A stretch of 64,000 nt of DNA from Chloropicon primus (Eukaryota). Made by a program: the position numbers and the translations under genes. Location of the stretch: positions 1,364,001 through 1,428,000 of the forward strand of contig CP060757.1 of NCBI GenBank assembly GCA_023205875.1, in the 5' to 3' direction. Positions 11,902 to 21,098 of this stretch are shown piece by piece; the stretch's first letter is position 1, and every line of letters begins with the position of its first letter. The notes under the pieces are model-generated. The model was given only the letters and a program-made list of their open reading frames with translations. It had not been told where the DNA came from and ran no database searches.

Positions 11902-12352
11902 CTTGTCTCCTCTCTCTCTCTCTCTCTCTTCTTCGCTACCTTCAACGAGCCACGACAGCAGTTTCAGCAGTTCCACGACGACGAGAACACGTAAGACGAC
12001 GAGTGAGAAAACAAGCCAAGGTTCGGTTCGGTTCGGTCAGTCCACACGAAGCTCCAGAACCCCAGCAAAAAACACCCTCCAAACAGGTTTCCATTTCCAT
12101 CTCCCAGAGGTCGGTTCAGGTCGGTTCAGGTCTCCCTCCCTCCCTCGGCATCTCCCATCCCCCTCCACCACGAGCACGACCACAACACAACGCGCCGTCC
12201 CCCTTCCCCCTCCCCCCTTCCCACTCACCTCTTCCACGCACGCACGCACGTTGTCGTCGTCGTTGTCGACCTCCCTTCTCTCCCTTCTCTCCTTCGCCCT
12301 TCCGCTCGCTCTTCCCTTCGAAGCGTTTTGAAACGGTTTTGAAACGCTTGAA

Positions 12353-12387
12353 GGTTTAGGGTTTAGGGTTTAGGTTTTAGGGTTTAG
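12353..12387 (+). repeat. Interstitial telomeric (TTTAGGG)n tract / telo-box array
   Basis: ggtttagggtttagggtttaggttttagggtttag, between the divergent ankyrin and Nudix genes. Confidence 0.9.
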
Positions 12388-12442
12388 CGAGCGAGGAGCG
12401 GAGGAGGCTCATGCTCATCGGGGGGAATGAGGGGATGAGGGG

Positions 12443-13363
12443 ATGAGGCTTGTTGTGAGGTCGTGGTGGGTGTGGGGAGAGGTGATGGGTGTGGGGAGAG
12501 GGTGGGGGGCATCGGTCGTGAGGAGGAGTGTGAACAACAATTCGAACAGGAGGGGGTGGACTGGGAACGTGGGAAGGAGAATACCACGAGTGGACACGAC
12601 CACGAGGGGGACGAGGCTATTGGGACACAACGACCACAACCACCAGTGGGGACTGGGGGGCACGTGCAGGGTCGTTTCCGGGGCAGCTTCCGCGGCGGAG
12701 ATGTACTGCGACGCGTGCGGCACGAGGACCGTGATGAGGGTCCCGGACGGGGACAACAGGGAGAGGAGGGTGTGCCCGTCCTGCCACAAGATACACTACA
12801 TCAATCCAAAGGTCGTGGTCGGGTGCCTCGTGGAGTGCTGCAGGGGGGAAGGGGACGGCCTGAAGCGGCAAGTCCTTCTGTGCAGGAGGGGGATCGACCC
12901 TTGCAAGGGCTTGTGGACCCTCCCGGCGGGTTTCCAGGAGTGCGGGGAGTCCACGAGCGAGGGAGCGGCGCGGGAGACAAGGGAGGAGGCGAACGCGGAG
13001 GTGCGGGTTCTCGCTCCCTATGCTCACCTCGACATTCCTCTGATCTCCCAGACTTACGTGATCTTCAGGGCCCAGTTCAAACAGGCTCTGGACTCGGGCG
13101 GCGCGCCGATGGACTGCGAGTCGCTTCACTCGCCAGGGGAAGAGACCCTGGAGACGCAGCTGTTTGATCTGGATTCGATCCCTTTCGAGAAGCTAGCCTT
13201 CTCCTCCGTGAAGATCGTCCTGCAGAGCTACCTGGAGGACATCAAGAGGGACAGGTACTCCTTCCACCACGGCACAATTGTGAAGCAGCCGGGCGTGGCT
13301 GCGGACAGTCCACAGTTCTCGCTGACAAACTACATGTGCCTGCCCACGGAGCACAAGCTGTAG
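12443..13363 (+). CDS. Nudix hydrolase with N-terminal zinc ribbon (NUDX23-like), probable organellar transit peptide
   Basis: YCDACG...VCPSCHKIHYINPKVVVG and Nudix box GFQECGESTSEGAARETREEA. The N-terminal extension is Arg/Ser/Gly-rich. Confidence 0.88.
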   Translation: MRLVVRSWWVWGEVMGVGRGWGASVVRRSVNNNSNRRGWTGNVGRRIPRVDTTTRGTRLLGHNDHNHQWGLGGTCRVVSGAASAAEMYCDACGTRTVMRVPDGDNRERRVCPSCHKIHYINPKVVVGCLVECCRGEGDGLKRQVLLCRRGIDPCKGLWTLPAGFQECGESTSEGAARETREEANAEVRVLAPYAHLDIPLISQTYVIFRAQFKQALDSGGAPMDCESLHSPGEETLETQLFDLDSIPFEKLAFSSVKIVLQSYLEDIKRDRYSFHHGTIVKQPGVAADSPQFSLTNYMCLPTEHKL

Positions 13364-13432
13364 CAGCACCCAAAAACGTTGTACATTAAATAAACACCGC
13401 TACATTGTATGTTCACAGGCTATAAAGCATCG

Positions 13433-16400
13433 CTACTCAGCAGGGTAAGGTTCCGCTTTTCCCCAGGAGCTCCCGACTTTGAGCCTGACCTTGAGGGGGA
13501 CTATGAGCTCCTGCCACACATTCTCCATCTCGTGCTTGATGATCGCCGCGGCTTCCTTGAGGCAGGACTTCCTGATCTCGAACAAGAGCTCGTCGTGGAT
13601 TTCGAGAATCATCCTACACTTGCCGTTCCCGAGCCTAGGATTGCCACTGACTCTTCTCTGGATGTTGATCATGGCGGTCTTCAGAATATCCGCAGCAGAG
13701 CCCTGACAGGTTGTGTTCACCGCCTGGCGCGCGGCCATCGCCTCTTGGTCAGAAGTCAAGCGCTTGAACACGGCTTTGCCCTTGGATTCCTGGGCAGAAG
13801 CGAGTTCCCTGAAATAACGTTTCCTGCCCCCGAGAGTCTGCACGTAGCCGTTCTTTTTCACGTCACTGATCACAGTCTCCTTCCATTTCTCCACGCCGCC
13901 CAGGCACTTCTTGAAGGCCTCCGTTTGCTTCTTTGCAGTGGTCAAATCGCACTTCAGCTCCCCTGCCAGCCTCTCCGGGCCCATGCCATACAGGATTCCG
14001 TACGCCAATCGCTTAGCCTTTGTTCTCATATCGCTGTCCACCTCGTTCTCCTTCACGTCCAACCACTTTGCAGCGATCTCTTTGAAGAAGTCCTCGCCGC
14101 CCTGTATTGCTTTGGTCAGCACCTCATCTTTGGAAAAGTGTGCCATCAAGCGCAACTCCAGCTGGGCGTAGTCTGCACTAAGGATCACGTTCTCCTCCAG
14201 GGTTTGGAAGGCCTCCCTGACATTGACGTTGAGCCTCACTGACTTCCCCTGGGAACCCTGGGACTGGGAAGCGACCTTGACCTCCCTCTTGTTCGGCACG
14301 CATTGCAAATTAGGCTCATCCATCTGGAGCCTACCCGTCTCAGACGTTGTCTGCAGAAAGCAGCCCTTGATTCGAGTCATGCGAAGGCTTCTTCCCCCCG
14401 AATTCAGGGAGCAAGTCACGATAATCTGCGACTGTGTTGTGGTCGTTCTTTCGTAATCGGGCAGATTGTTTCGAACCGTGTTCAAAAGCTTTGAAAGCTG
14501 GCGGTACTCAAGAATAATCCCAGGCAGAGGATGCTCCGAGGACAACTGCTCAAGAAACTCTTTCTTTGTGCTGAAATGAGTCCCTCCTTTCCCTCCTTTC
14601 CTACTGGATTCTGAGCCAGGTGGAGGAGGCAGCTTCAGGGTCTCAAAGAGAATGCGGGCAACCGCCGAGGGGCTCAGTATGTCGAAAACGTTCTTGATGG
14701 GTTCGCCGTGAATATTCTTCTTGAAAGAGGCCGTGATGTACGCCTTCTGGGTCAAATCATGCAACCTCTGTTGCAGCTGTGGAATGGTGCTTTCGTAAAT
14801 TGAAGAATCGAAGGGAACCCCAATACTTTCCATCTGAGCCAGAACAGGAACCAAGGGCATTTCAATGCTCTTGTAGCAGCCAAGCAAGTCCTCGTGGTCC
14901 AAGCCACGCAGCAAGTGCTCGAACAGGTCCAAGAGACACGCGGCGTTTCTGCATGTGTAAGGAACTGTACCGATCCCAGCAACCCCTTTGTAACCATATC
15001 CAATGTTGGTGTACAAAGCTCCGTCGCATTCTGTGTACTTTCTTAGAAGGGATTCCAGTACACCCCAAGTCTTCAACTTGAAGTTTGCGCTGGAATCAGA
15101 ATAGTGATAGTAGTCTGGCTGTAAGAGCCATGCAGCTATCCTCAAATCGAAGCATTCACGCGCATCGGCGTAACTCCACTCCCTTCCCATTGACTGACAT
15201 GCCTGCATCACAGCCTTCACCTGTATCTTCAAACCCCACGATCCTTTTTTTATTTCGGCATCTCCGAGCATGGCAATGAAAAGATCCCAAGCCTTGCCCA
15301 GGAACCCATCTGGCAACTCGCAATCAGCTTTGCTTGCAGACAGCGGGACGTAAATTCCCTTTCTTTTTGCGAGGCAGAGGGCCAACCCAACCACCTCTTG
15401 CTCAGGTTCGTGCTGCTTGTTCATGCGGAGCATGAAGGTAGCACTCTTGCAGGCCTTCAGTTTCGTGCGAACATGATCCAGCTCCTCCAAGCTTTTGACT
15501 TCCAGCAATGCCTTTTCATCACGCTTTTTGGAAGGAGGTGAATTCAGACCGCTGCCCGGCTTAATGCTCTCGAGCGCGACCTTCTTTGTCTCCAGTTCCC
15601 TCTTCCTCTGTTCCAAGAGATCTTCCGCGCCTTTGAAAATCTTCTTGGCCACCTTTCTGCAGACACCCATCGCATATTGATTTCCCCTGCTGCGAGGATC
15701 TGCTTGCCAGAGAGTGGTGGCAATGCTTTCAATAGTCCCGTTCTCCAGCACTTCCTGTGGGGACTTAAAGCCACCCTTGTAAAGAATGCGAGCCTGATAT
15801 GTCTTGATCCCCGGAATCTCAGCGAGGGAAAGGACATCAGCCTGCGCTCCAAAGAACACTCTGGCTTGAAACTTTTCTATCAAAGCCTGCATATCCGTCC
15901 AGCCAAGTCTCTCACACATCAAGCCACACATTGAAGCAAAGTAAACGGACCTCTCCTGCAGAACTTGAATCTGGCTTTGGCTCACCCCGTACCCTTTTGC
16001 TATTTCTGCAAGGTTGGTTTCCCTCACAAGCTCACGCAATATGAGGGCCCAATAAAATCTTTTTGCGCGCCATTCCTTATTTTTCTCGTCCGCATTGTAC
16101 GAACCACTTCTGCCAATTCGTTTGTTATGAAGGAAATTGTCCTCCAACTCGACAGCTCCCCACACTGCCGAGTCCAATTCATCGAAGTCGTTGAGCCAAC
16201 GCTCATAGTATTGGCTCCAGTTGAGCTGCAAGCTCGAACACCCGTGGATTGGAGTAACCAAGTAGAGCATGTGCAGATCATTTGCCATCACGAAACCTCG
16301 TCGCGCACGCTGCAAATCGTCGTGCACAAGTAGACCATCTTCTGGGCTCAAGCCGCTTAAGCCCACAGCTCTCCCTAGATTCGTGGGTTCATACACTTGC

Positions 16401-18436
16401 TCCTCCTTGATCCATCTCAACATACGATTGGAGCACAAATACTCCAGTGCTTGGATGGTGCAATGCGTGATGTCGTTTGCCTTTTCTGTTGTGTATATCA
16501 GAGTGCTTTGAAGGTAGTACTTGATGTCTTCCGTTGATCTTACTGCACCAGAACAGATTGCTTCGAGCATCGGCTTTCTCATCCCTCTCCCGTTCTTTCT
16601 CAAGTGCTCCTCCATGAAACAGGATTTGATAGGAGTGTCTGGACCGTTGATGATGCCTTTCAGGTCCGCCTCCGTGTATTTTTGCGTGCAAATCAGTATG
16701 GATTCCCCCGACGAGTCAATGCCGGCCCTCCCTGCTCGCCCTGCCATCTGCTTGTAGTTTGTTGGGGTCAACAAGGTCTTCCCTTTGTCAGCGTACTTGT
16801 AAGGCTCTCTGAATATCACCCTTCTGGCTGGAAGGTTAACTCCTGCAGCCAGGGTTGAGGTAGCTGCGAGCACGCGGCAAGCCCCGGAGCGATAAGCCCT
16901 TTCCACCGCAGAGCGCTCCTCGACCGACAAATCCGCGTTGTGATACGCGACCCCGCTCCTGATGAGTTTCAAAAGGTCAGACTTGTCGGAGGTCTGAGCC
17001 AGCTCGTAAGCAATCCCTTCCCTCAGGCCTTGCAACTCCTCGTCCCCAGGTACATCCAAGAGGGCTGCTATGAGGTTTGCGGTCTCAATGCAGATCTTTT
17101 TCGTGGGGCAGAATATCAGCACAGAGTTTCCCTCCGAGAGGGTCTCCTTGGTCAGAGCTCCTATCATGTCCGGGTCTTGTGCCCCAGGAAGCGGAGCCAC
17201 TCTCCTCAAAACGTTCGAGTCCTTGTCCTTGAGTTCGGATCCAACGAGCATCCTGTGCTCCAAGGGGACGGGTCTGTGGTCGCACAGGTACAATTGCGCT
17301 CCAAGCCAGTTTGCGATCTGGTCCACGTTTGGCAGGGTGGCACTCATGCAGACAAACTGGATCCTCTCTTGAGAGTCCAGCTGGATGTCGCCCCACAAGT
17401 TGCTCTTAGCCGCGTGCGTCAATTTGCTCAGCATCAGCTCGATCGTGCTGCCCCTGCCCCTGTCCGCAAGCATGTGGACCTCGTCGACCACCACGCTGCA
17501 GAGCTTCTCTCTCAGAGCCTGCTCCTCGATCATCCTCGTGACCAGAAAATTCGCCTTCTCTATCGTGCAAACGATGACAGCGTACTCTGGTCCCGGCAAG
17601 GTCGGGCCCATCTGGTGCCTGCCGTACAGCCGGAACACCTCCTTGTTGAAGCTTCGCAGGATCGCCTCCAGGTGGTCGGCCTTCTCGTCGCAGAGCGCCA
17701 CGAAGGGGAGCACCAGCAGAGCCTGCTTCTTCGAATCCAGGATTCTCTTCAGCATCAGGATTTCCGCAACCAGGGTCTTCCCCCCGCTCGTCGGGGCGCT
17801 GTACACGATGCTCCTGCCCCCCAAAACGCCCGTGCAGTTCAAGCACTGGGCCTGCCACGGGTACAGCCGAAGGTCCTGGAACCCCTTTCTCCAGTACTCC
17901 TCGCAGACGTACGGGGGGAGGTAGCTCCCGAGGTCGTACGTCGCCGGGTCGAGGGACGCCGTCTCCGGAATGGTGCTCTCCTCGTCGAGGTGGTTCTCCG
18001 CTTCCGCAAGCAGGCGGTGGTTGTTCTCCAAATCTACAAGGAGGCGCTCCACGGACTCGTCGATGCGCTCCTCGGATGCACTCCCCCTCTCGCACGAGGA
18101 AGTGTCTCTGCCCCCAACCGGGGGAGTTTCCTTCAGCGGCGTTCCCTCCTGGGACACCTGAGACTTCACCTCGACCATCCTGAGGTTCCCCTCCTCGTCC
18201 CGCGCCGCAGCCTCCGGCAGCCACTCCACCCGACTCGTTTGTTTTTGTTGTTTTTGCTGTTTTTGTTTGCTCCAGTCCCTTTGGTCTTCCTCCCACACCC
18301 CCACGATCTCCTCCAGAGCTCTCGCCCTCCCCTCCGTACTCTCCGTCGTCTGCCTCGTCGCATGCTCCCTCATTCTCCGCCTCTTCTCCTTCCTGCAAGG
18401 AGCCACACCCACACCCACACCTACCCCTCCCTCCAT
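13433..18436 (-). CDS. POLQ: DNA polymerase theta (SF2 helicase + family A polymerase; TEBICHI/POLQ)
   Basis: Single 1667-aa ORF. Helicase motifs APTSGGKT, VVVDEVH, MSATL, TLAAGVNLP, QMAGRAGR. Pol A motifs TGRL...PNLQ, SADYAQLELR, YGILYGMG, IHDELLFE. Confidence 0.95.
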   Translation of the reverse strand: MEGGVGVGVGVAPCRKEKRRRMREHATRQTTESTEGRARALEEIVGVWEEDQRDWSKQKQQKQQKQTSRVEWLPEAAARDEEGNLRMVEVKSQVSQEGTPLKETPPVGGRDTSSCERGSASEERIDESVERLLVDLENNHRLLAEAENHLDEESTIPETASLDPATYDLGSYLPPYVCEEYWRKGFQDLRLYPWQAQCLNCTGVLGGRSIVYSAPTSGGKTLVAEILMLKRILDSKKQALLVLPFVALCDEKADHLEAILRSFNKEVFRLYGRHQMGPTLPGPEYAVIVCTIEKANFLVTRMIEEQALREKLCSVVVDEVHMLADRGRGSTIELMLSKLTHAAKSNLWGDIQLDSQERIQFVCMSATLPNVDQIANWLGAQLYLCDHRPVPLEHRMLVGSELKDKDSNVLRRVAPLPGAQDPDMIGALTKETLSEGNSVLIFCPTKKICIETANLIAALLDVPGDEELQGLREGIAYELAQTSDKSDLLKLIRSGVAYHNADLSVEERSAVERAYRSGACRVLAATSTLAAGVNLPARRVIFREPYKYADKGKTLLTPTNYKQMAGRAGRAGIDSSGESILICTQKYTEADLKGIINGPDTPIKSCFMEEHLRKNGRGMRKPMLEAICSGAVRSTEDIKYYLQSTLIYTTEKANDITHCTIQALEYLCSNRMLRWIKEEQVYEPTNLGRAVGLSGLSPEDGLLVHDDLQRARRGFVMANDLHMLYLVTPIHGCSSLQLNWSQYYERWLNDFDELDSAVWGAVELEDNFLHNKRIGRSGSYNADEKNKEWRAKRFYWALILRELVRETNLAEIAKGYGVSQSQIQVLQERSVYFASMCGLMCERLGWTDMQALIEKFQARVFFGAQADVLSLAEIPGIKTYQARILYKGGFKSPQEVLENGTIESIATTLWQADPRSRGNQYAMGVCRKVAKKIFKGAEDLLEQRKRELETKKVALESIKPGSGLNSPPSKKRDEKALLEVKSLEELDHVRTKLKACKSATFMLRMNKQHEPEQEVVGLALCLAKRKGIYVPLSASKADCELPDGFLGKAWDLFIAMLGDAEIKKGSWGLKIQVKAVMQACQSMGREWSYADARECFDLRIAAWLLQPDYYHYSDSSANFKLKTWGVLESLLRKYTECDGALYTNIGYGYKGVAGIGTVPYTCRNAACLLDLFEHLLRGLDHEDLLGCYKSIEMPLVPVLAQMESIGVPFDSSIYESTIPQLQQRLHDLTQKAYITASFKKNIHGEPIKNVFDILSPSAVARILFETLKLPPPPGSESSRKGGKGGTHFSTKKEFLEQLSSEHPLPGIILEYRQLSKLLNTVRNNLPDYERTTTTQSQIIVTCSLNSGGRSLRMTRIKGCFLQTTSETGRLQMDEPNLQCVPNKREVKVASQSQGSQGKSVRLNVNVREAFQTLEENVILSADYAQLELRLMAHFSKDEVLTKAIQGGEDFFKEIAAKWLDVKENEVDSDMRTKAKRLAYGILYGMGPERLAGELKCDLTTAKKQTEAFKKCLGGVEKWKETVISDVKKNGYVQTLGGRKRYFRELASAQESKGKAVFKRLTSDQEAMAARQAVNTTCQGSAADILKTAMINIQRRVSGNPRLGNGKCRMILEIHDELLFEIRKSCLKEAAAIIKHEMENVWQELIVPLKVRLKVGSSWGKAEPYPAE

Positions 18437-18584
18437 CCTACCCCTCTCCTCCGATCGATCGCGATCGCCAGCGTCGCCAGCGCTCGCGATCGATCTGTCT
18501 TCATCCCAAAAAGGGCGGGAAGGAGAGGAGGTAGAGGATGGAGCGAGGTCTGTCTCTGTCTCTTGAACGATTGGAGGGAGGAGC

Positions 18585-19589
18585 TTGTGCGTGGGGCGAG
18601 GGAAAGGGACAAGGGACGGAAGGGCGTCTCACGGGCTTTCGATTCATACCTCGTTCGGATTGGTTCCCAAGTTGACGAGAGAGAGAGAGAGGGGGGGGGG
18701 GAGGAGGAGGACGAAGTATTTGCCCAATGCGGAGGGGGAGGGGAGGGGGTTGGTGGTGCACGGGGCGCACTTCAACGCGAGGAGGAGGCACTTGGAGAAG
18801 TACATCGCGTTGTGGCACTCCTTTCGATGCGACGTCCTTCTTTGCATCACGGGTACTCCCGTCGACGCCTTTCGACCGAGGAGGGGACTCGAGTTCGCAG
18901 AGGCGGTGCTGGGCGAGGTTCGAGACCTGCAGGCCAATCGCCCGACGCCGATCTTGCTGTGCACCTTCAGCGGCTCCTCCAAAACGCTGTACTGGCCGAT
19001 GTGAGTAGCGCTCTCTCGCTCGTTTCTCGTCCGGGTTTCCCACTGACACAGCGAGCGCGCCTTCTTCGCTTTGGTTGCTCCCAGGACGAGGCTTCTCAAG
19101 GACGCTTCCTGGGGCGACGTTCGGTCTCGAATCGTTGGTCAGCTCTTTGACAGCTGCCCCATCGAGTTTCGCGCGGACGAGGGGCTCGATCTGCTCACGA
19201 AGACGGATCAGAACCCCTTCCTCAACGCGGCCCCGGCCTTGCTCAAGCCCCTGATCACGGCCGGCCTTCGACTCTTCGCCTTCTCCTTGGACACCGTGAT
19301 GGCCTCTGAAATCAGGAGGCAGCACCAGACGTACTGGGCCGATATCACCTCGGAGTCGCCGCTCCGGGACGTGAAGACCTTGGTCGTCTACTCCCCGAAG
19401 GACAAGGTCGTGAAGCACGCCACGATCTTGAAGTTTGTGAGAACCCTGGGAGGACTGGGTTGCCCGGTCACCGCTCACGAGTTCACGGGGGACTCGCACC
19501 ACGTCGACCACGTGGTGAAGGAGCCGGGAAAGTACAGGGAGGCTTGCTCGAGCCTTTTCGATAGCGTGGGCTTGACCAGCAAGCTCTGA
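18585..19589 (+). CDS. DUF829/TMEM53-family alpha/beta-hydrolase-like protein (start uncertain), at least 2 exons
   Basis: Intron 19001..19084 (GTGAGT...CCAG). Motifs HLEKYIALW, ILLCTFSG, QLFDSCP, LVVYSPKDKVV, SHHVDH. Confidence 0.72.
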
Positions 19590-19688
19590 AAAGAAAAAAA
19601 AAGCAAATTACAACTCTGTATTTATATATCTCTGTATTCTCTACACACTCGCGATTTACTCGTCCGTCGTTGTTGCTTGTGGCACCAG

Positions 19689-20849
19689 TCACTCGTCGTC
19701 GCCCTCTCCCTCCTCCGCCGATAGCAGGGTGGTCTTCACGACAGCCATGCCCTCGTCCACCTTGGACTGAATCAGAACTTGCAGTTCCTTGAGCGACTGC
19801 TCGGCGTCTCTGCATATCTGCTCGGCCTCCCCTTCCTTCAGCAGCTGGGACTTGAGTTGTTCCGCGGAGTCCTTATTCTGCTTGGCCGACACGACAGAAA
19901 CATGGACTATCTTGACGAACTTGTTGATCTCGATGATGATCTTCTCGACGATCACCTGCCCTCGCATGGACTGCTGCATGCCTGCGAGCAGCATACCAAT
20001 CGCCATGCCGGCGTATCCACTCATTCCGGGGGGAAGTTTTCCAGCAGAGGCTGCTTGCACCTTGGCGCTCACTTGGACAAGGAGGTTGCTCATCGCCTTG
20101 TCGACGTCCTCCTCACTCAGCTGGTTCATTTCGTCGCCAAGGACCTTTCCGTGCAGGGACGACACCAACGGCATCGTGCTGACCGTTCGCAAGGCCCTGG
20201 TCACGCACTCCTCGTTCTGGAGAAGGTCCAAGATTTCGCCGGCCACCGTGGCCGCGAATTCCTCCGGCCTCACGTCCGCCTTCTCGATGACGGCCTTGAG
20301 TCGCTTCACCAGCTCAGGGGCAACCAACTCTTTCCTAATGTACGCGAACTTGTGTTTGGCCCTGTGAGAGAATCTAAATGTGCAGACCATCGCGCAGAGG
20401 CAATTGAGGAACCCAGCAAGGTCCGAGTTGCCTTTCTCCCTCGCGAGCTTCTGCGCCATTTCGAGCATCTTCGCCACGAAGCTGAGCACCAGCACCATGG
20501 CCTTGGTCGTAATCTTCTTCGACACCTTATCGAGTAGACTGGTCAGTATCTTTTGCGCATTCTGTTTCTTCCTCTCCGCCTTTTCCTCATCTTTCGACTC
20601 TTCCCTCAGCTCAGCCTCCTCCCTCAGCTCGTCCTCGGACTTCTTGGTCTCGTTCGCCTTGGGCCTCGTCCCTTTCTTCGGTTCGAAGCACTCCTGCCAC
20701 TCCTCGAAGGTTTTGAAGGTCTCTTCCTGGCCTCCTTGTGTGACTTGCGTAATCCAATGCTTCTTTATCGGAGGTGGTGGCGGTGGAGGGGAGAAGTCGA
20801 ACCCGTTCCCGTCCGCCACCCTGGTGGGCACCATCATGCAGCAGCCCAT
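19689..20849 (-). CDS. Hypothetical helical protein with N-terminal MGCC lipidation motif
   Basis: Long ORF with coding-like codon usage, a charged coiled region and ATG at 20849 (MGCCMM). No family recognised. Confidence 0.65.
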   Translation of the reverse strand: MGCCMMVPTRVADGNGFDFSPPPPPPPIKKHWITQVTQGGQEETFKTFEEWQECFEPKKGTRPKANETKKSEDELREEAELREESKDEEKAERKKQNAQKILTSLLDKVSKKITTKAMVLVLSFVAKMLEMAQKLAREKGNSDLAGFLNCLCAMVCTFRFSHRAKHKFAYIRKELVAPELVKRLKAVIEKADVRPEEFAATVAGEILDLLQNEECVTRALRTVSTMPLVSSLHGKVLGDEMNQLSEEDVDKAMSNLLVQVSAKVQAASAGKLPPGMSGYAGMAIGMLLAGMQQSMRGQVIVEKIIIEINKFVKIVHVSVVSAKQNKDSAEQLKSQLLKEGEAEQICRDAEQSLKELQVLIQSKVDEGMAVVKTTLLSAEEGEGDDE

Positions 20850-21098
20850 CCTTGCTCTCTCCTTCTTTGTCTTGTTCCGAACAAGACTCCTCCTCCTCTC
20901 CTCTCTCTCTCTCAGGACTCTTTTCGTATTATCCAAAGGCGCCTTGTCCCTTTCAAAATCCTGCAATCCAATCATCCAGGCTAGGGGGGACGATGACGAT
21001 GACGACGACGACGAGGACCACAACGAAAAGGAGGAGGAGGCAGGGAACGTGAGTGGGAACAACCTACATGATTGCATTTCCGGAACACTGTTTCTTTA

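Noticed and set aside
12353..12387. Chromosome end or assembly join at the TTTAGGG tracts
   Set aside because: The tracts are short (~5 units) and are flanked by intact, normally spaced genes.
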